Positions 28,051 to 40,781 of a DNA stretch of 64,000 nt are shown here, piece after piece (positions within the stretch are counted from its first letter, which is position 1; every line of letters starts with the position of its first letter). Below the pieces are notes generated by a model that worked only from the letters and a program-made list of their open reading frames with translations, did no database searches and had not been told where the DNA came from. Origin of the DNA: the human T2T-CHM13v2.0 reference genome, Homo sapiens; NCBI RefSeq assembly GCF_009914755.1, contig NC_060931.1; one strand, given 5' to 3'. Position numbers and translations under genes: made by a program.

Positions 28051-29034
28051 CAATTTTTAATGAGATACAAGGAAGGAGAGTGGAATAAAAATCTTTTTAC
28101 TCGGCCATACTTCAGTAGATGTTCTCAAGACTTAATTTTTAAAATTTTTAAAGTTTTCTGTGACGGAAGTGATCAACTTAAACTGGCATAAATATGATGT
28201 GGGACTTTCAATGGTAATCAACATATCCTGGAAGGACATATAAAAATGAGAGAGAGAGGTGTGAACAGAAGGATCTGAACTGATTAAACATTTCACTAGT
28301 TTCTCATAAAAAGGACTTGTCCATATATACCACTGAGGCAAATAGTTATGAGTTATCTCAACAGCAAAATGGATACATCATCAGGCAACCTTTTGGTTGT
28401 CTTCATAAAGTATCAATTAAAGGAACTCTACCAGATTTTGTTACCAGTAGAAAGCTATGCCTTGGGTCCTGCATGTCCTCTGCAGTCAAGTTCTGATGTT
28501 CAAAGTGGGGCAAACCAGAGAAGCAGCACTCTTTACAGATGGTCATTTTAAAAGGTTCATTATATACTCACATATGAACTAAAAATGCTAACTTGTTCAT
28601 AGTTTTTCCAAGGTTTTGCTCTTCAAATGAAGCTTCAGCAATTTCATCTTATTTTAGGCATTGCAATTATGCTTATAAGCATGAAACAACCAGGCTACAA
28701 CCATATATCAGCCGAAGAGTTACTAAACCCATCTAAGTTGTGACTATTATACTTAACTTCAGGTCAAACCAATCAACTGTGGCCCGTTTATAGGATGCAC
28801 AGTTGGCAGTTTCTCAGAAGGATCAGTCATTTTGATTATCCTATTCAAATGATGGTTCATCAGTTACAACAAATTTTTCATCAGAATGATTTTGGAAAGA
28901 TTGTAGCACTGCCCAGGGAGAGACTATCTGTATATTCAAATACAGGATAATACTTGGTATTAATAATACCGATACATGTTATCCATCAGAAGTGCAGCTA
29001 GGAAAATGGATTTGTTTTTATTTATTTACTTAGA

Positions 29035-30282
29035 GTCTCTTTTTAAAAACTTGACACACAATAATTGTAAATATTTATGGAGTACAGTGCAATGTTTTGA
29101 TATATGTATACATTGCGTAAAAACTAAATCTGGCATTTGGCATATTCCTCACCTCATAAATTTACCATTTTTTTGTGAACAAATGTCATGTTAAAGGGAT
29201 TACATTTTTTGTGTTTCCAGATGGCTAAAAAAAAAAAAAGGCTCCCTGGTTTCAAATATAAAATGGCGATAATTTTACTAATCCTCTGGGATTTTTGGTA
29301 GAAATTATCTGGGATAATGTCTATGAAGAGTTTAGCATACTGCCTGACACATGATAACTGTTCAGCATTGCACTGGATACCCAATGGGGATCTGGAGGTC
29401 AGCGGGGGAGGTATGGCTGGGAAGCATGTCAGTGACATTTCAAGTGAAGTGACATTTGGGCAAGTTGACTAGCTCACCTGGAGACACAAACAGAGCAAAA
29501 GAGAAGAGGCCTAAGATATCATCTGCAAAGACTAGGAGGAAGAATTAGCCAAGGACATTATTGCAAGAAAGCAATGAATAGATACAAAGCTTTTGCCATT
29601 CTGGCAGGTACCTAAAGCCAACAGCCTGGGGAAATCCTTCAAAATCCTTTCTTTTTTGAAATATGCAGTGCAATATTGTTAACCATAGTTACCCACTGTG
29701 CAGTAGACAAAACTTATTCCTCCGAACTGCAACTTTGTACTTGCTGATCAATCTCTCCCTACATACCTCTCTGCACCCTTCCCAGGCAATTGATAACCAC
29801 TATTCTTTTCTCTGCTTTTATAAGATCAACTTCTTTAGATTCTACATATAAGTTAGATCACACAGGTGATTTGTCTTTTTGTGCCTGGTTTATTTCATTT
29901 AACATAATGCCCTCCAGTTCATCCACATTGCTGCAAATGACAGGATTTCCTTCTTTTTATGACTGAATAGATTCCATTGTGTATATGTATCATATTTTAT
30001 TTATCTACTAATTCACTGATGTACACTTAGGTTGATTCCATTATCTCCATATCTTACCTACTGTGAAGAGTGCTGCAACGAACATGGAAATGCAAAGTTT
30101 TTTTGACAAGCTGATTTCGTTTCCTTTGAGTATATACCCAGTAGTCGAATTGCTGGATCATACGGTAGTCCTAGTTTTAATTTTCTGAGGAACTTCCATA
30201 CTATTTTCCATAATGAATAGACTAATTTACATTCACATCAACAGTATAAAAGAGCTCCTCTTTCTCCACAACCACACCAGCA
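29035..30282 (-). mobile_element. L1MA (L1MA5-9-like) 3' portion, split by a 457 bp non-L1 insertion at 29178-29634
   Basis: aataattgtaaatatttatggagtacag...cacctcataaatttaccatttttttgtg resumes after the insert with ttcaaaatcc...ttgaaatat...tgttaaccatagttaccc and runs on into antisense ORF2 3' sequence. Confidence 0.88.
29178..29634 (-). repeat. Inverted duplicate copy A (derived) of 35240-35690
   Basis: Reverse complement aligns end to end with 35240-35690: about 19 substitutions plus one 6-bp A-tract indel by eye. The same peptide appears in ORFs 29154..29438(-) and 35490..35705(+). Confidence 0.97.
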
Positions 30283-31139
30283 ACGAGGGGGCTCACCAGA
30301 AAAACTGATTTATTCACAGGCATCTGGAAATGAATTACTCTGAGCAAGAAGTTACTAAATCTGAACTTGGTATGCTACTCCAAATCCCATGGCCAACACT
30401 TCTATTATTCCAGCCCACATTCAAATAGGTCATGAGATATTTGGACTTAGCTTTCAAACACAAGGTGCCATTTCAAAAAATTCTCTTGTCTTAAGACAGA
30501 ATTTGGGTCCTCAAAATGAGACCTTCTCATGTTAGCTCCATTCTCTATATTTTATACAATAATTTAAATATGTATATTTGTATGCATATATATTTATGTG
30601 TAGGCTTATGCGCACACTGAAACATACACAGACACCCATACCCACCTCTGCGAGAAAACTGCTCATTGTGTGTATCATTAAAACTCAACATGAAGAGGTT
30701 AGGACAGATAACTAAAGACAAGCTTTATCAAGGAGTCAATGACCCACAGAGAAGTAACACACAGTGTCTCGTAGAGCGAAATCTTTTACCTTGCCATTTA
30801 ACAGTGTGGGCGATTCAGCAGGTGAAGATATGGGTCAAAGGGCATCTGATCTGGCTTAAAAACAGTCACTCAATCTGATGGTTACTAGGAGATATTAGAC
30901 ATAAAACATTGTTATCTCTCAACCCTTTGTTCAGCTCTGTGACATCATTCTGCTGCCCTGGTGCCCCTTTCCATCACTATCATTGGCACCTTGCTTCTGT
31001 GGCTAACCTGATAAGGGCTATGGAAACATGTGTAGGCCCCTGAGCACCAGCAGCTGTTGAAAGGAGTGGGACAAGAGAGTTAGAAGAGAGACTGTATGTT
31101 TGAGCCCAGAAGAGCCGTATTTCTTGAATTTTGGTCATT

Positions 31140-31797
31140 ACTACACTACCGTCAGGATTTTTGTCACAACTGCATGCCATCTGCACTATTGTTTACTTAA
31201 TATTTTCTTTGAATTGATCCACAATTAAACTTACAAAATATAAACAGGAAAACTTTGTGCCATTCCATAAAAGGAAAAACAGCATGTCTCAACAGAAAGG
31301 GCAAACAACAATAAATATAAATACGATGGAAATAAAACAATTGGACTCAATTTTGACTCAATACCATTGTCTTCAAAAGTTCTAAGCAGAGTCTTGCTCC
31401 ATTAGTTTAATTGCTGCCTGTGGCTTGGAAGTGTTCCAACATTAAATACTGATTTTGTATAGAATAAGTACCTATTTTTGTAGCCTTCCTGTTCTTCCTA
31501 TCTGAACGCGTGTGGCTTCAAAATTTTTTTGAGGAGCTTACTGGCCTAAAAACTATACTTCCTAATACTTCATTACAATGAGGGGGCTCATTTGCTAAAT
31601 ATAACAATTGGTAAGAGTTTGGTATAGACATTATCACTTAACCGAGACTTTCAGACCTGAGGTTTGGGATAACCAGGTAATCAGAAGAGAATTAAAAGTA
31701 ACTTTCTCACTGTGATCTTATTTAATCTACAGCTGCAGTTTCTTTGCACTTCAAATCATCCCTCATAGCATATTTTACAGGCTTTCGATAACACTGT
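31140..31797 (+). mobile_element. Charlie4a-like hAT DNA transposon, split by an insertion at 31397-31589
   Basis: ccatctgcactattgtttacttaatattttctttgaattga...aataaatacgatggaaataaaacaat...gagtcttgctc resumes with atttgctaaa...ccgagactttc...gtaactttctcactgtg...aaatcatc...taacactg. Confidence 0.7.
31397..31589 (+). repeat. Direct duplicate (derived copy) of 32976-33170
   Basis: Shared cctgtggcttggaagtgttcca...tgattttgt..agaataagt.cctatttttgt; about 80% identity by eye. Confidence 0.92.
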
Positions 31798-32975
31798 CTT
31801 AGAGGATTACATCTATAGCAGCAGTTACATAAATGTATCTTCATATTTTTCTTGAATAATTATGAACATATTTGATTCATTCAGGACAATATCCTTTGTA
31901 GAAGTCAATGGAATTTTTTTTTTAAAATGTGAGAATGTTCCTTTAACATTCCCATGACTTTCTTCATAATTACTTCCTAGTTATCTTTACAATATGTTAT
32001 TTCCTCCTCCCATGTTATCAAATCATACTAGTATGAGGGCTGTATTGTGATGAACAATACAAAATATTGGTGCATAACATTCATATGATTTAAACAATAC
32101 TAACTCCTTTCAATCCTGGGAATTCATTAAAATGCAAGACATTTTAGGATATATTCTTTTGAATTATTTATAACCTTCACACACCCTCAGGGCAGAATAA
32201 AGGGGAAAGAAATGTCTTGTTAGAAATATAAAAGATGGGAAGTTATTCATATCTTGAAATTGCCCCATTTAGGAATAAATTAATCAACTCAAATAAGTGT
32301 TCCATAATTTTGCTTTCATTAATAAGATGACTAAGTTGAATGCAGCATGCACAAAGCACACGCCTCATTGTGATGAAAGTGTTTTTTAGACAGGATGCTG
32401 AGGCTTCTAGGAGTTGAAAACATTCTTAGGAAGACTGTGTGATTAAAACAGGTCTTTATTAACTTGAGGGTGACAAGAACATTTCTCATCTTCTCTGCTT
32501 ACTTTTTTTTCTTGCACTTTTTGTCACTTTTGTTGGCACAGATAGCAAATACAGTCTCAGAATTGGAAGGAGAGTAATTTCCACAAGGTGACAAAATGAT
32601 TAGTGATGCAGCAGGGATGTGGAACTAAGGTCATCCCAACTCTTCATCTAGTTTGTTTTCTAGCATGGGCAGTCATTAGTCTACTCATTCATTCAATACT
32701 TGGTCTGGCATAGTGATATATTCAAGCAATAGCGAGAAGAACAGGGACTTCGAGCTTCATGCTCTAATTGCTGAACCATGACACATGTTGTAATAGCGAT
32801 ATGATTTTCACATAATGATAGGGCATGACAAGTAAGAAAAGACAGAAAGCGGCAGGTGGTAGTAGTAGTAGTGAAATGTTGACATCAAGGTCATTTCTAG
32901 AAATATTTCTACATGCACCAGCCACAGTGCAACCCGTTCAGAATTAAAGTGAACTCACTGCTTTGCTGAACTTCT

Positions 32976-33170
32976 CTCCATCAGTTTAGTTCCCACCTGT
33001 GGCTTGGAAGTGTTCCAGTGTTAAATATTGATTTTGTGCAGAATAAGTGCCTATTTTTGTGCCCTTCCTATTCATCATGTCCAAATGGGTGTGACTTCAG
33101 AAATTTTTTGAGGTGCTTGCTTCCTTAAATAATATACATTTCTAATATTGCATTAGAAACGAGAGGGTTC
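32976..33170 (+). repeat. Donor copy of the 31397-31589 duplication
   Basis: Alignment as above; sits in sequence not recognised as a repeat. Confidence 0.9.
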
Positions 33171-33354
33171 CTCCTGGTGTTTAGAATGCAAAGGAAAAAC
33201 AAAAAGGGAACTGCTTTTTAACCTACTTAACATTTGAGTGCATTAGAATAATGCAGTGTCAGTCTCCAAAGGGGTTTATAGTTCTTGATGGGGAGATTGA
33301 GCATAGAACTAGTAAATTTCAGAGCTTCCCGTGAGAATGACAGAAGTAATATGA

Positions 33355-33586
33355 GTAGTGGTTGGGAGACCAGAGGCTGGTGCCTGCCTCTTTGGATTTG
33401 AATCCTGACATTGCCTCTTAAATAGCTGAGGAATCTTGGGCATGTTATAGTTTACCTATGCCTCAGTTTCCCAATCTGTAAAATGGGGATAATCATGGTA
33501 CCAGCCTCACAGAGATTTGTTGTGAGGATTAAATGAGTTTCTGCATAAAGCACTGGGAATTGTCTGGTACAGAGTAAGTACTACAT
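33355..33586 (+). mobile_element. MIR SINE
   Basis: ggatttgaatcctgac...tgcctcagtttcccaatctgtaaaatggggataat...gttgtgaggattaaatgag. Confidence 0.92.
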
Positions 33587-33594
33587 GACTGGGC

Positions 33595-33775
33595 ACTTTT
33601 GGCAACACTGATGGATGGTAAAGCTTCTTTCCTGGATCAGGGCTTTTGATACACAAATATATGTTGTATCATTCAAAGGGTGACAGGCAGACTTTTCCCA
33701 CATTATGGACCATGAACTTCCCTTTCTGGAGGATATCATTATAGGACTAGTATGCTTGGGATATGTGCTTGAGGC
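33595..33775. mobile_element. MER103-like hAT-Charlie fragment
   Basis: gcagacttttcccacattatggaccatgaacttcccttt...ggactagtatg resembles MER103C. Confidence 0.5.
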
Positions 33776-33924
33776 ATTTAAAAATATTTCACAATGGAGA
33801 ATCACATCTATCACACGATCTTGACTTCAAGGTTTCCTTTATTTCCAAGATCTGGTTGAATCCTGAGGGATACTGATGTAACAATATCTTTGTAATATAA
33901 TGGTGTTGACTATGATGTTGATGA

Positions 33925-34140
33925 TAGAAACTAACGTTGCTTGGGCCAGGCACTTTACTGAGCGTGGACTGTGTTCTATTTCATTTACTCTAGACAAAAA
34001 CTCTATGAGGTATTATTATCCATACTTTAAAATGAGGAAATGGAGACTTAGAAGGTAAAATAACTTGATCAAGCTCACAAATTAAGTAGCAGAATCAGTA
34101 CATAAATCCAGTTTTATATGACCCCAAAGCCCATACTTCC
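33925..34140 (-). mobile_element. MIR SINE
   Basis: gccaggcacttt...aactctatgaggtattattatcc...aaatgaggaaatggagacttagaagg...ccaaagcccat. Confidence 0.85.
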
Positions 34141-35239
34141 AAGCAGGAAATGGTACTCTCTCCCTGATTTTGGTGGTAATAACCGGGGAAGTGATAGTAG
34201 GAGCAATGCATATTAAAGAGCTTTGAAAACTGTGGAGCACAGTATGAAGACAGGCTATTATTAATAGCACTAAAATTATGCTTATGATTATTTTTGTTTA
34301 ATTCTAGGATAAGAACAGTATACTATCTATGTGCCAATAGTTTTGAAAGGTCCCTAAAATAAATAGTTGAAAATATAAAACCCACAGTTCTTAAGTATAA
34401 AAATGTACCTTTTTCTGGGAAAAAAAACAAGTATGCAGTGTTTAATTAATTTTGATAATAAAGACATAATCTTTTCACAGGAGACTTTGTATGTAGAATG
34501 TAAAAAGCAACCATCCCTTTAAGAAATATAGAGAAAAATTCAGTTAAACAGGTATACCGGGCCACTAGATACCAAGTACCAGGTACACAGGCTATAAAAT
34601 GTCTAGTAATTTGAAAATGCCTTTTGAATAAGTACTAAAGTTACTGAAGACTAATACAAAAATACATACTTTTGATGTGAACATTCAGATGTAAAAAAGT
34701 TATGTTAGTATTTATTAGCATATTTTTAAAATTTAGAAAATAAGATCATTTTAGTCTCTTGCATATTATTAGCTGATTGGGTTTCTCCTGAAAAAAAAAT
34801 CACACTTGCTTTTATGTCAAAACTAAAGAAATAATTTTTGAATTTTTTTTTACTTGTAATGTATATATCATCATGTTCACTGTAAGTTGAATGTTAATAG
34901 CCTCTTTCCTCTGTTCTTTGTATTCTCTGAGGTTTTATTTTTAGTTTTCAATGGGTAATCTCACAATGTCACAGCTCTCCTGACTTTGCCACATCCAGAC
35001 CTAAATCTGCCAGATCTCCTTTGCATAATGAACAATGTGAATATTTCTCGACATGTACAGCAGTTAAAACACCAAGGTACTGCAGGGACAGGTGCAATGC
35101 AAATACACAGATGGAGAAACTGAAAGACTTCATTAACGTCATATAATCTCACTAATGATCAACTCTTTAAGGGAAGCTCTTTCTTCAGGGATAAAAGGAG
35201 AGAAAGCAACTGGAACAATTCTGTATAAAGGAATCGCTG

Positions 35240-35690
35240 TTTCCCCAGGCTCTTGGCATTAGGTACCTGCCAGAATGGCAAAAGCTTTGTATCTGTTCAT
35301 TTCTTTCTTGCAATAATGTCCTTGGGTAGTTCTTCCTCCTAGTCTTTTCAGATGATATCTTAGGCCTCTTCTCTTTTGCTCTGTATGTGTCCTCAGGTGA
35401 GCTAGTCAACTTGCCCAAATGTCACTTCACTTGAAACATCACTGACATGCTTCCCAGCCATACCTCCCCCGCTGACCTCCAGATCCCCATTGGGTGGCCA
35501 GTGCAATGCTGAACAGTTATCATGTGTCAGGCAGTATGCTAAACTCTTCATAGACATTATCCCAGATAATTTCTACCAAAAATCCCAGAGGATTAGTAAA
35601 ATTATCGCCATTTTATATTTGAGACCAGGGAGGCTTTCTTTAGTAATCTGGAAACACAAAAAATGTAATCCCTTTAACATGACATTTGTT
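35240..35690 (+). repeat. Inverted duplicate copy B (donor) of 29178-29634; contains an antisense MIR fragment at ~35505-35620
   Basis: Alignment as above. Flanks are not a split transposon. Confidence 0.97.
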
Positions 35691-35744
35691 GAAATATTTT
35701 TATAGATTTCCTTTGTTCTGTTCCTCTTTTACACAACATTTTTT

Positions 35745-35880
35745 TCCGTTTTTATTGGTATATAATAGTGGTCCATATTTTGGGGATACATGTGATATTT
35801 TGATACATGTATACAAGTATAATGATAAAATCGGGATAATTGGGATACCTATCACCCAACACATTTATCTTTCGTGTTGA
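35745..35880 (-). mobile_element. Short L1MA (L1MA2-4-like) 3' end
   Basis: atacatgtgatattttgatacatgtataca...gggataattgggatacctatcacc...catttatc. Confidence 0.75.
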
Positions 35881-36225
35881 AATGACTGATATCATAAATA
35901 CAACCTCCACATCCGGATTAACATGTCAGAGCTGTCACTGTACCATGTGCCCGAAACTGACCTGTCTACCATTCTCTACATATACCCTGACTAACAGAGC
36001 ATAATGTGATTACTCCATCGCATGAGTAGGAAACCGACAGGATCAACATACCTCAAGGTGTTTTTGGTTTTGTTTTGATTTTTATTAGCATTTGCATCAG
36101 GCTTTTGATACATCGAGCTTATGATCCATAGACTCTACCAAGAACTTTTCCCCCTATTTGAGCCATTTCTTAAGGAGATCCCTTCCTTTCTCTATACATG
36201 AAACTCATTTTTAAGACCTGATTTC

Positions 36226-37105
36226 AGTACCACTACACAGCTATTAGAATGATTAAAATACAGAACACTGGCTACAAATGCTGTGGAGCAATAGAAACTC
36301 TCATTCATTGCTGGTAGGAATGCAAAATTGTACAGCCTCTTTGGAAGGCAGTTTGGCAGTTTCTTACAACCCTAAACACGGTCTTATCATATGATCCAGC
36401 AATCGCATTCCTGGTTATTTATCCAAATGAGTTCAAAACTTATGTCCACACAAAAACCTGCATGTGAATGTTTGTAGCAACTTAATTCATATTTGCCAAA
36501 AACTGGAAGTAACCAATATGTCTTTCATAGTTTTAACGGATAAACAAACCATGGTGCAGCCACAGAATAGAACATTATTTAGAGATAAAACGCAATGAGC
36601 TCTCAATCCATGAAAAGTCATAAAAGTACCTTAAATGCCCACCACTAAGGGAAAGAAGTCTGAAAGGCTACATACTATATGACTTCAACTATGTGACATT
36701 CTGGAAAAGGCAAAACTATAGAGATATAAAAAGATCAGTGGTTAAGGGTTGGAAAGGGAGAAGGGATGAACGGGTGGAGCACAGGGGGTTTCTAGGGCAT
36801 TGAAACTATATTCTGTATAATACTTTAATATTGGAAACACAGCATTATGCATTTGTCAAAACCGACAGAACTGTACAACACAAACAGGGAACCCGAAAGT
36901 AAACAATGGACTTTAGTTAATAATAATGTATCAATATTGGCTTATCAAATGTAACAAATATACCACATTAATGCAAGATATTAATAAAGGGGAAACTGTA
37001 TATGTGTGTGGAGGGAGGGTGGGGCAGGTATATGGAACTCTCTGCACTTTCTGTTCAAGTTTTCTATAAACATAAAGCTGTTCTATAAAACAGTCTATGA
37101 ATTAA
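36226..37105 (+). mobile_element. L1MC (L1MC2-like) 3' end
   Basis: taccactacacagctattagaatg...ggactttagttaataataatgtatcaatattgg...ggaactctctgcactttctg. Confidence 0.9.
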
Positions 37106-38289
37106 ACAAATTTTTTAGGAAACTTGAATTCAGAAATGTCTACTTATCTGTTGTTATACTGGTTTCTTACTAGTTTCTCATTGGGTAATTAAGAAATATT
37201 GATTCTGTCATTTTATCCTATTAATAGTTATTTCTAGCTCTGAGTCATCTACAATTGTAATAAACATACCTTGCTTCTAGCATTCATACAATACAACAAT
37301 GTAGACAGAATAAGACCATCTTACTTCAGACTATAATCTCTTTAGGTACAACTTTTCAACCAGTTTTAAATATGCCCATTATTTAACCCCAATTTCTCTC
37401 ACCCACAAAAATATCCTGAAAGATTATGTTAATATTTTAATGAAAATAAAAATATATTATGCAGAGCACATTACCTGGCCCACAGCTGTTACTTATTAAA
37501 TTGTGGCTATTGTTAGTATTTTCCTGCCATAATATAGTCGCTATACCAACACATAATTGTTAGTTTGTTATTTCTCATGTTCAGTGATGTTAGTCTGGCT
37601 TCTAAGGATCACCATATTAGGTGCTAAGTGCTCAAGAGTAATCTGTTTAATTATTTTTTTTCGTCTTTTCTTTCAAAGGTTGATACTAAGTCTACCTATT
37701 TTTTGTTTACAAAAGCTACCCACATTTGCCCTTTTAGGAATCAGTAATACCCTAATGTTTTTTCCCATTTCAATCACTTTCAGAACCTGGGTCTGGGCAT
37801 TTGAACTACTTTAAAGAGACCCACTCGATATTTTCTTTACAGCTCTCAGGGCCATCTTTGTCAACTTGAGATGAAAGATGCACCTAGTCAACTTGTTTCA
37901 GTTGCTTCTACATGATGTACTTTTTTTTTTTTCTACTCTTTGCCCTTTGAAGACAATGTCCATTCAAGGAGAAGATGCAACAAGCCAGGAGTCATAGTTC
38001 TGCTTTCTATTTTACCTTTAATATTAGAGTAGTGGTGAATTTCTTCCTATACATGTTATAAAGAGTGAGTTTTGTTGTTATTGGTGGTGTGGCATTTGCT
38101 GTCAGCTCAGCTTATGCTAAACTTTAAGGCTTTTTATAAGTTTGTGCCATATTAACCCTGGGACATATTCTACCTTCCATCTCCCTTAAACGTCCTTTTA
38201 AAACCTCTAATTCTATGTAAGAATCCTTCATTCTCTAATAAACTTGAGTAAAGTGGCATTTTTCAGGGACTTTTGCAGTCATCACTTAT

Positions 38290-38680
38290 GCATTTATTTT
38301 TTAAAAAATTACTGAGCACATACTCTAGGCTAAGCATTGTGCCAGGCATTGTGAAAATTGACATTACTAAGACCCAATCTATTTTCAGGAATTTGACTGT
38401 ATAATCAATACTCCATAAACATTTGTTGAACACCTGCTATGTGCTAGGACTAAAAGACTTGTGTAAATTTATTCCGGTATAATACAATAACTATATCAAC
38501 AGGAAGACATACAAAATACAGTGGTTTCAGAGGAGGGTGTGATGAACCCTACGGACGTAGGGATGGGAGCAAGCCAGGAAAATCTTCTAGGAAGACAATA
38601 TATTCAACCTAGGTTTCAAAAAGGAGAAGTTCACAGGTAAGAAGAAAGGAAAAGGGAGTCTAGTGGAGAGTATGATACCA
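38290..38680 (-). mobile_element. L2 3' fragments
   Basis: ttactgagcacatactctagg...tgccaggcattg and aaacatttgttgaacacctgctatgtgctagg. Confidence 0.65.
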
Positions 38681-39189
38681 ACCATAGTTAAATACTAGGA
38701 TGGGTCATTTTGCTTTTTGAATTATCCTCTTTTAGTATTCTGAAGAAAGGAGATGGTTTACCTTTTCCTACAGGGAACATCAACCAATGTAAGCGTGAAC
38801 ACATCTGTAAGAGACATACATTTAGCAACAATCTGCAAGTCGGTGCAAAAGTTTTCTGGAAGATCAGATTTCTACAGTTATTAAGATGATTGCTTTTCTG
38901 AGCAGCTCTTAGGACCCCTGTGAACTGCAATGAATATCCTCTTTGCTTTCAGTTCACCGTGTTTGAGGATGTCAGGGAGAGCTGCTTTCCACCTACTAGC
39001 CCTGCCCCGCTTTAGGTGTCAGCAAACTAGTTGGTTACTTGTAGCAATTGGCACATAGTTGGCTTTCACAGTGTCAAACTCAATCCTTCTTCTCAAACTC
39101 TTTTACATCTGCAGACCATGATGAAAAGTTTTCTATGTTGTTTTATTCCCTTATCACAGAGTCAAGAAGGATGCTTTGGGAATTCTTTT

Positions 39190-39440
39190 GGAGGAAAAGA
39201 TTAAGAAGTCAGATTCTCCTAGGTTCAAATCCGGGCCTTAGGTTGGAAACCAGAATCTACCATTTACTGGCTGATGGACCTTTGAACAAGATATTTCAGC
39301 TCTGTGAGTCTCAGTTTCCTTATTTTCCAAATTGGAATAATAAGGTCTACTGAGGTCCTTCTGAGGATTTTGTAATATAATATATCTTAAAATGTTTAGC
39401 AGAGTTCTAGACATATGACATATTAAAACATGATAGTCCA
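39190..39440 (+). mobile_element. MIR SINE
   Basis: gaagtcagattctcctaggttcaaatcc...ctctgtgagtctcagtttccttattttcc. Confidence 0.75.
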
Positions 39441-39509
39441 TGTTCTTTTAATAAAAGTAATAAAAAGGAGAAAGGGAGAGAAAAAGACCAACACTTGCAC
39501 AGACCTTTC

Positions 39510-39722
39510 AGAGGTAGCAGGTGGTATGTTAGACATTTTACATATTATCTCATTTAATCCTCACAGTAATGTAATAATCAATTCTATTTTTATAGACTAA
39601 AAATACAGCTCATGACAATGATGTAAATTGTCCCAGGGCACAGACTAGTCAGTGTAAGAGCTGAGATTCAAATCCACTTCTGTATCTCCAAAGCCTATGT
39701 GTGCTTTTCAATACATTATACT
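39510..39722 (-). mobile_element. MIR SINE
   Basis: ttatctcatttaatcctcacag...cccagggcacagactag...gagctgagattcaaatcc. Confidence 0.8.
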
Positions 39723-39863
39723 TAGAAAAATAAAGATTTTTGCACAAGTATATTCAATAATCTCCAAAGCCTTTAATAATATGCACAAACTTAAGAAATT
39801 ATTTTCATGTTCTGGAATGCTGAATTTATAGTCTACACATAGTTTAAATGGAATAAAAGAGTA

Positions 39864-40262
<399 letters not shown>

Positions 40263-40456
40263 CTACTAATTTTGAAACTACTGGCAAGATGAAGGATTGC
40301 TTTATGAAGTTTATGTATTTGTTTTGATGTATGTTTATGGGTGTGTGCATATATAAGTTTATATATACTTTTCCCATTTTCCATTTTATACAATTAAATA
40401 ATAGTTTAAATTATGTTACATGAGTAACAAATAATAGTTTACAAAGGTAAAGGTAA

Positions 40457-40781
<325 letters not shown>

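Noticed and set aside
35352-35396. 45-bp AG...GT micro-exon candidate in arm B
   Set aside because: Only generic splice words; no neighbouring exons or recognisable peptide.
29178-35690. Inverted repeats as terminal inverted repeats of a ~6.5-kb DNA transposon
   Set aside because: No TSD and no transposase. The L1MA continues directly inside arm A, showing that only arm A was inserted.
29154-35705. Two ORFs sharing QCNAEQLSCVRQYAKLFIDIIPDNF as paralogous genes
   Set aside because: A by-product of the inverted DNA duplication. The shared peptide is read from an antisense MIR fragment.
35745-35880. L1MA 3' fragment beside arm B that ends near the same consensus position where arm A interrupts the other L1MA
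   Set aside because: It looks like a different L1MA subfamily and has the same orientation, so it would not guide an inverted template switch. Treated as coincidence pending alignment.
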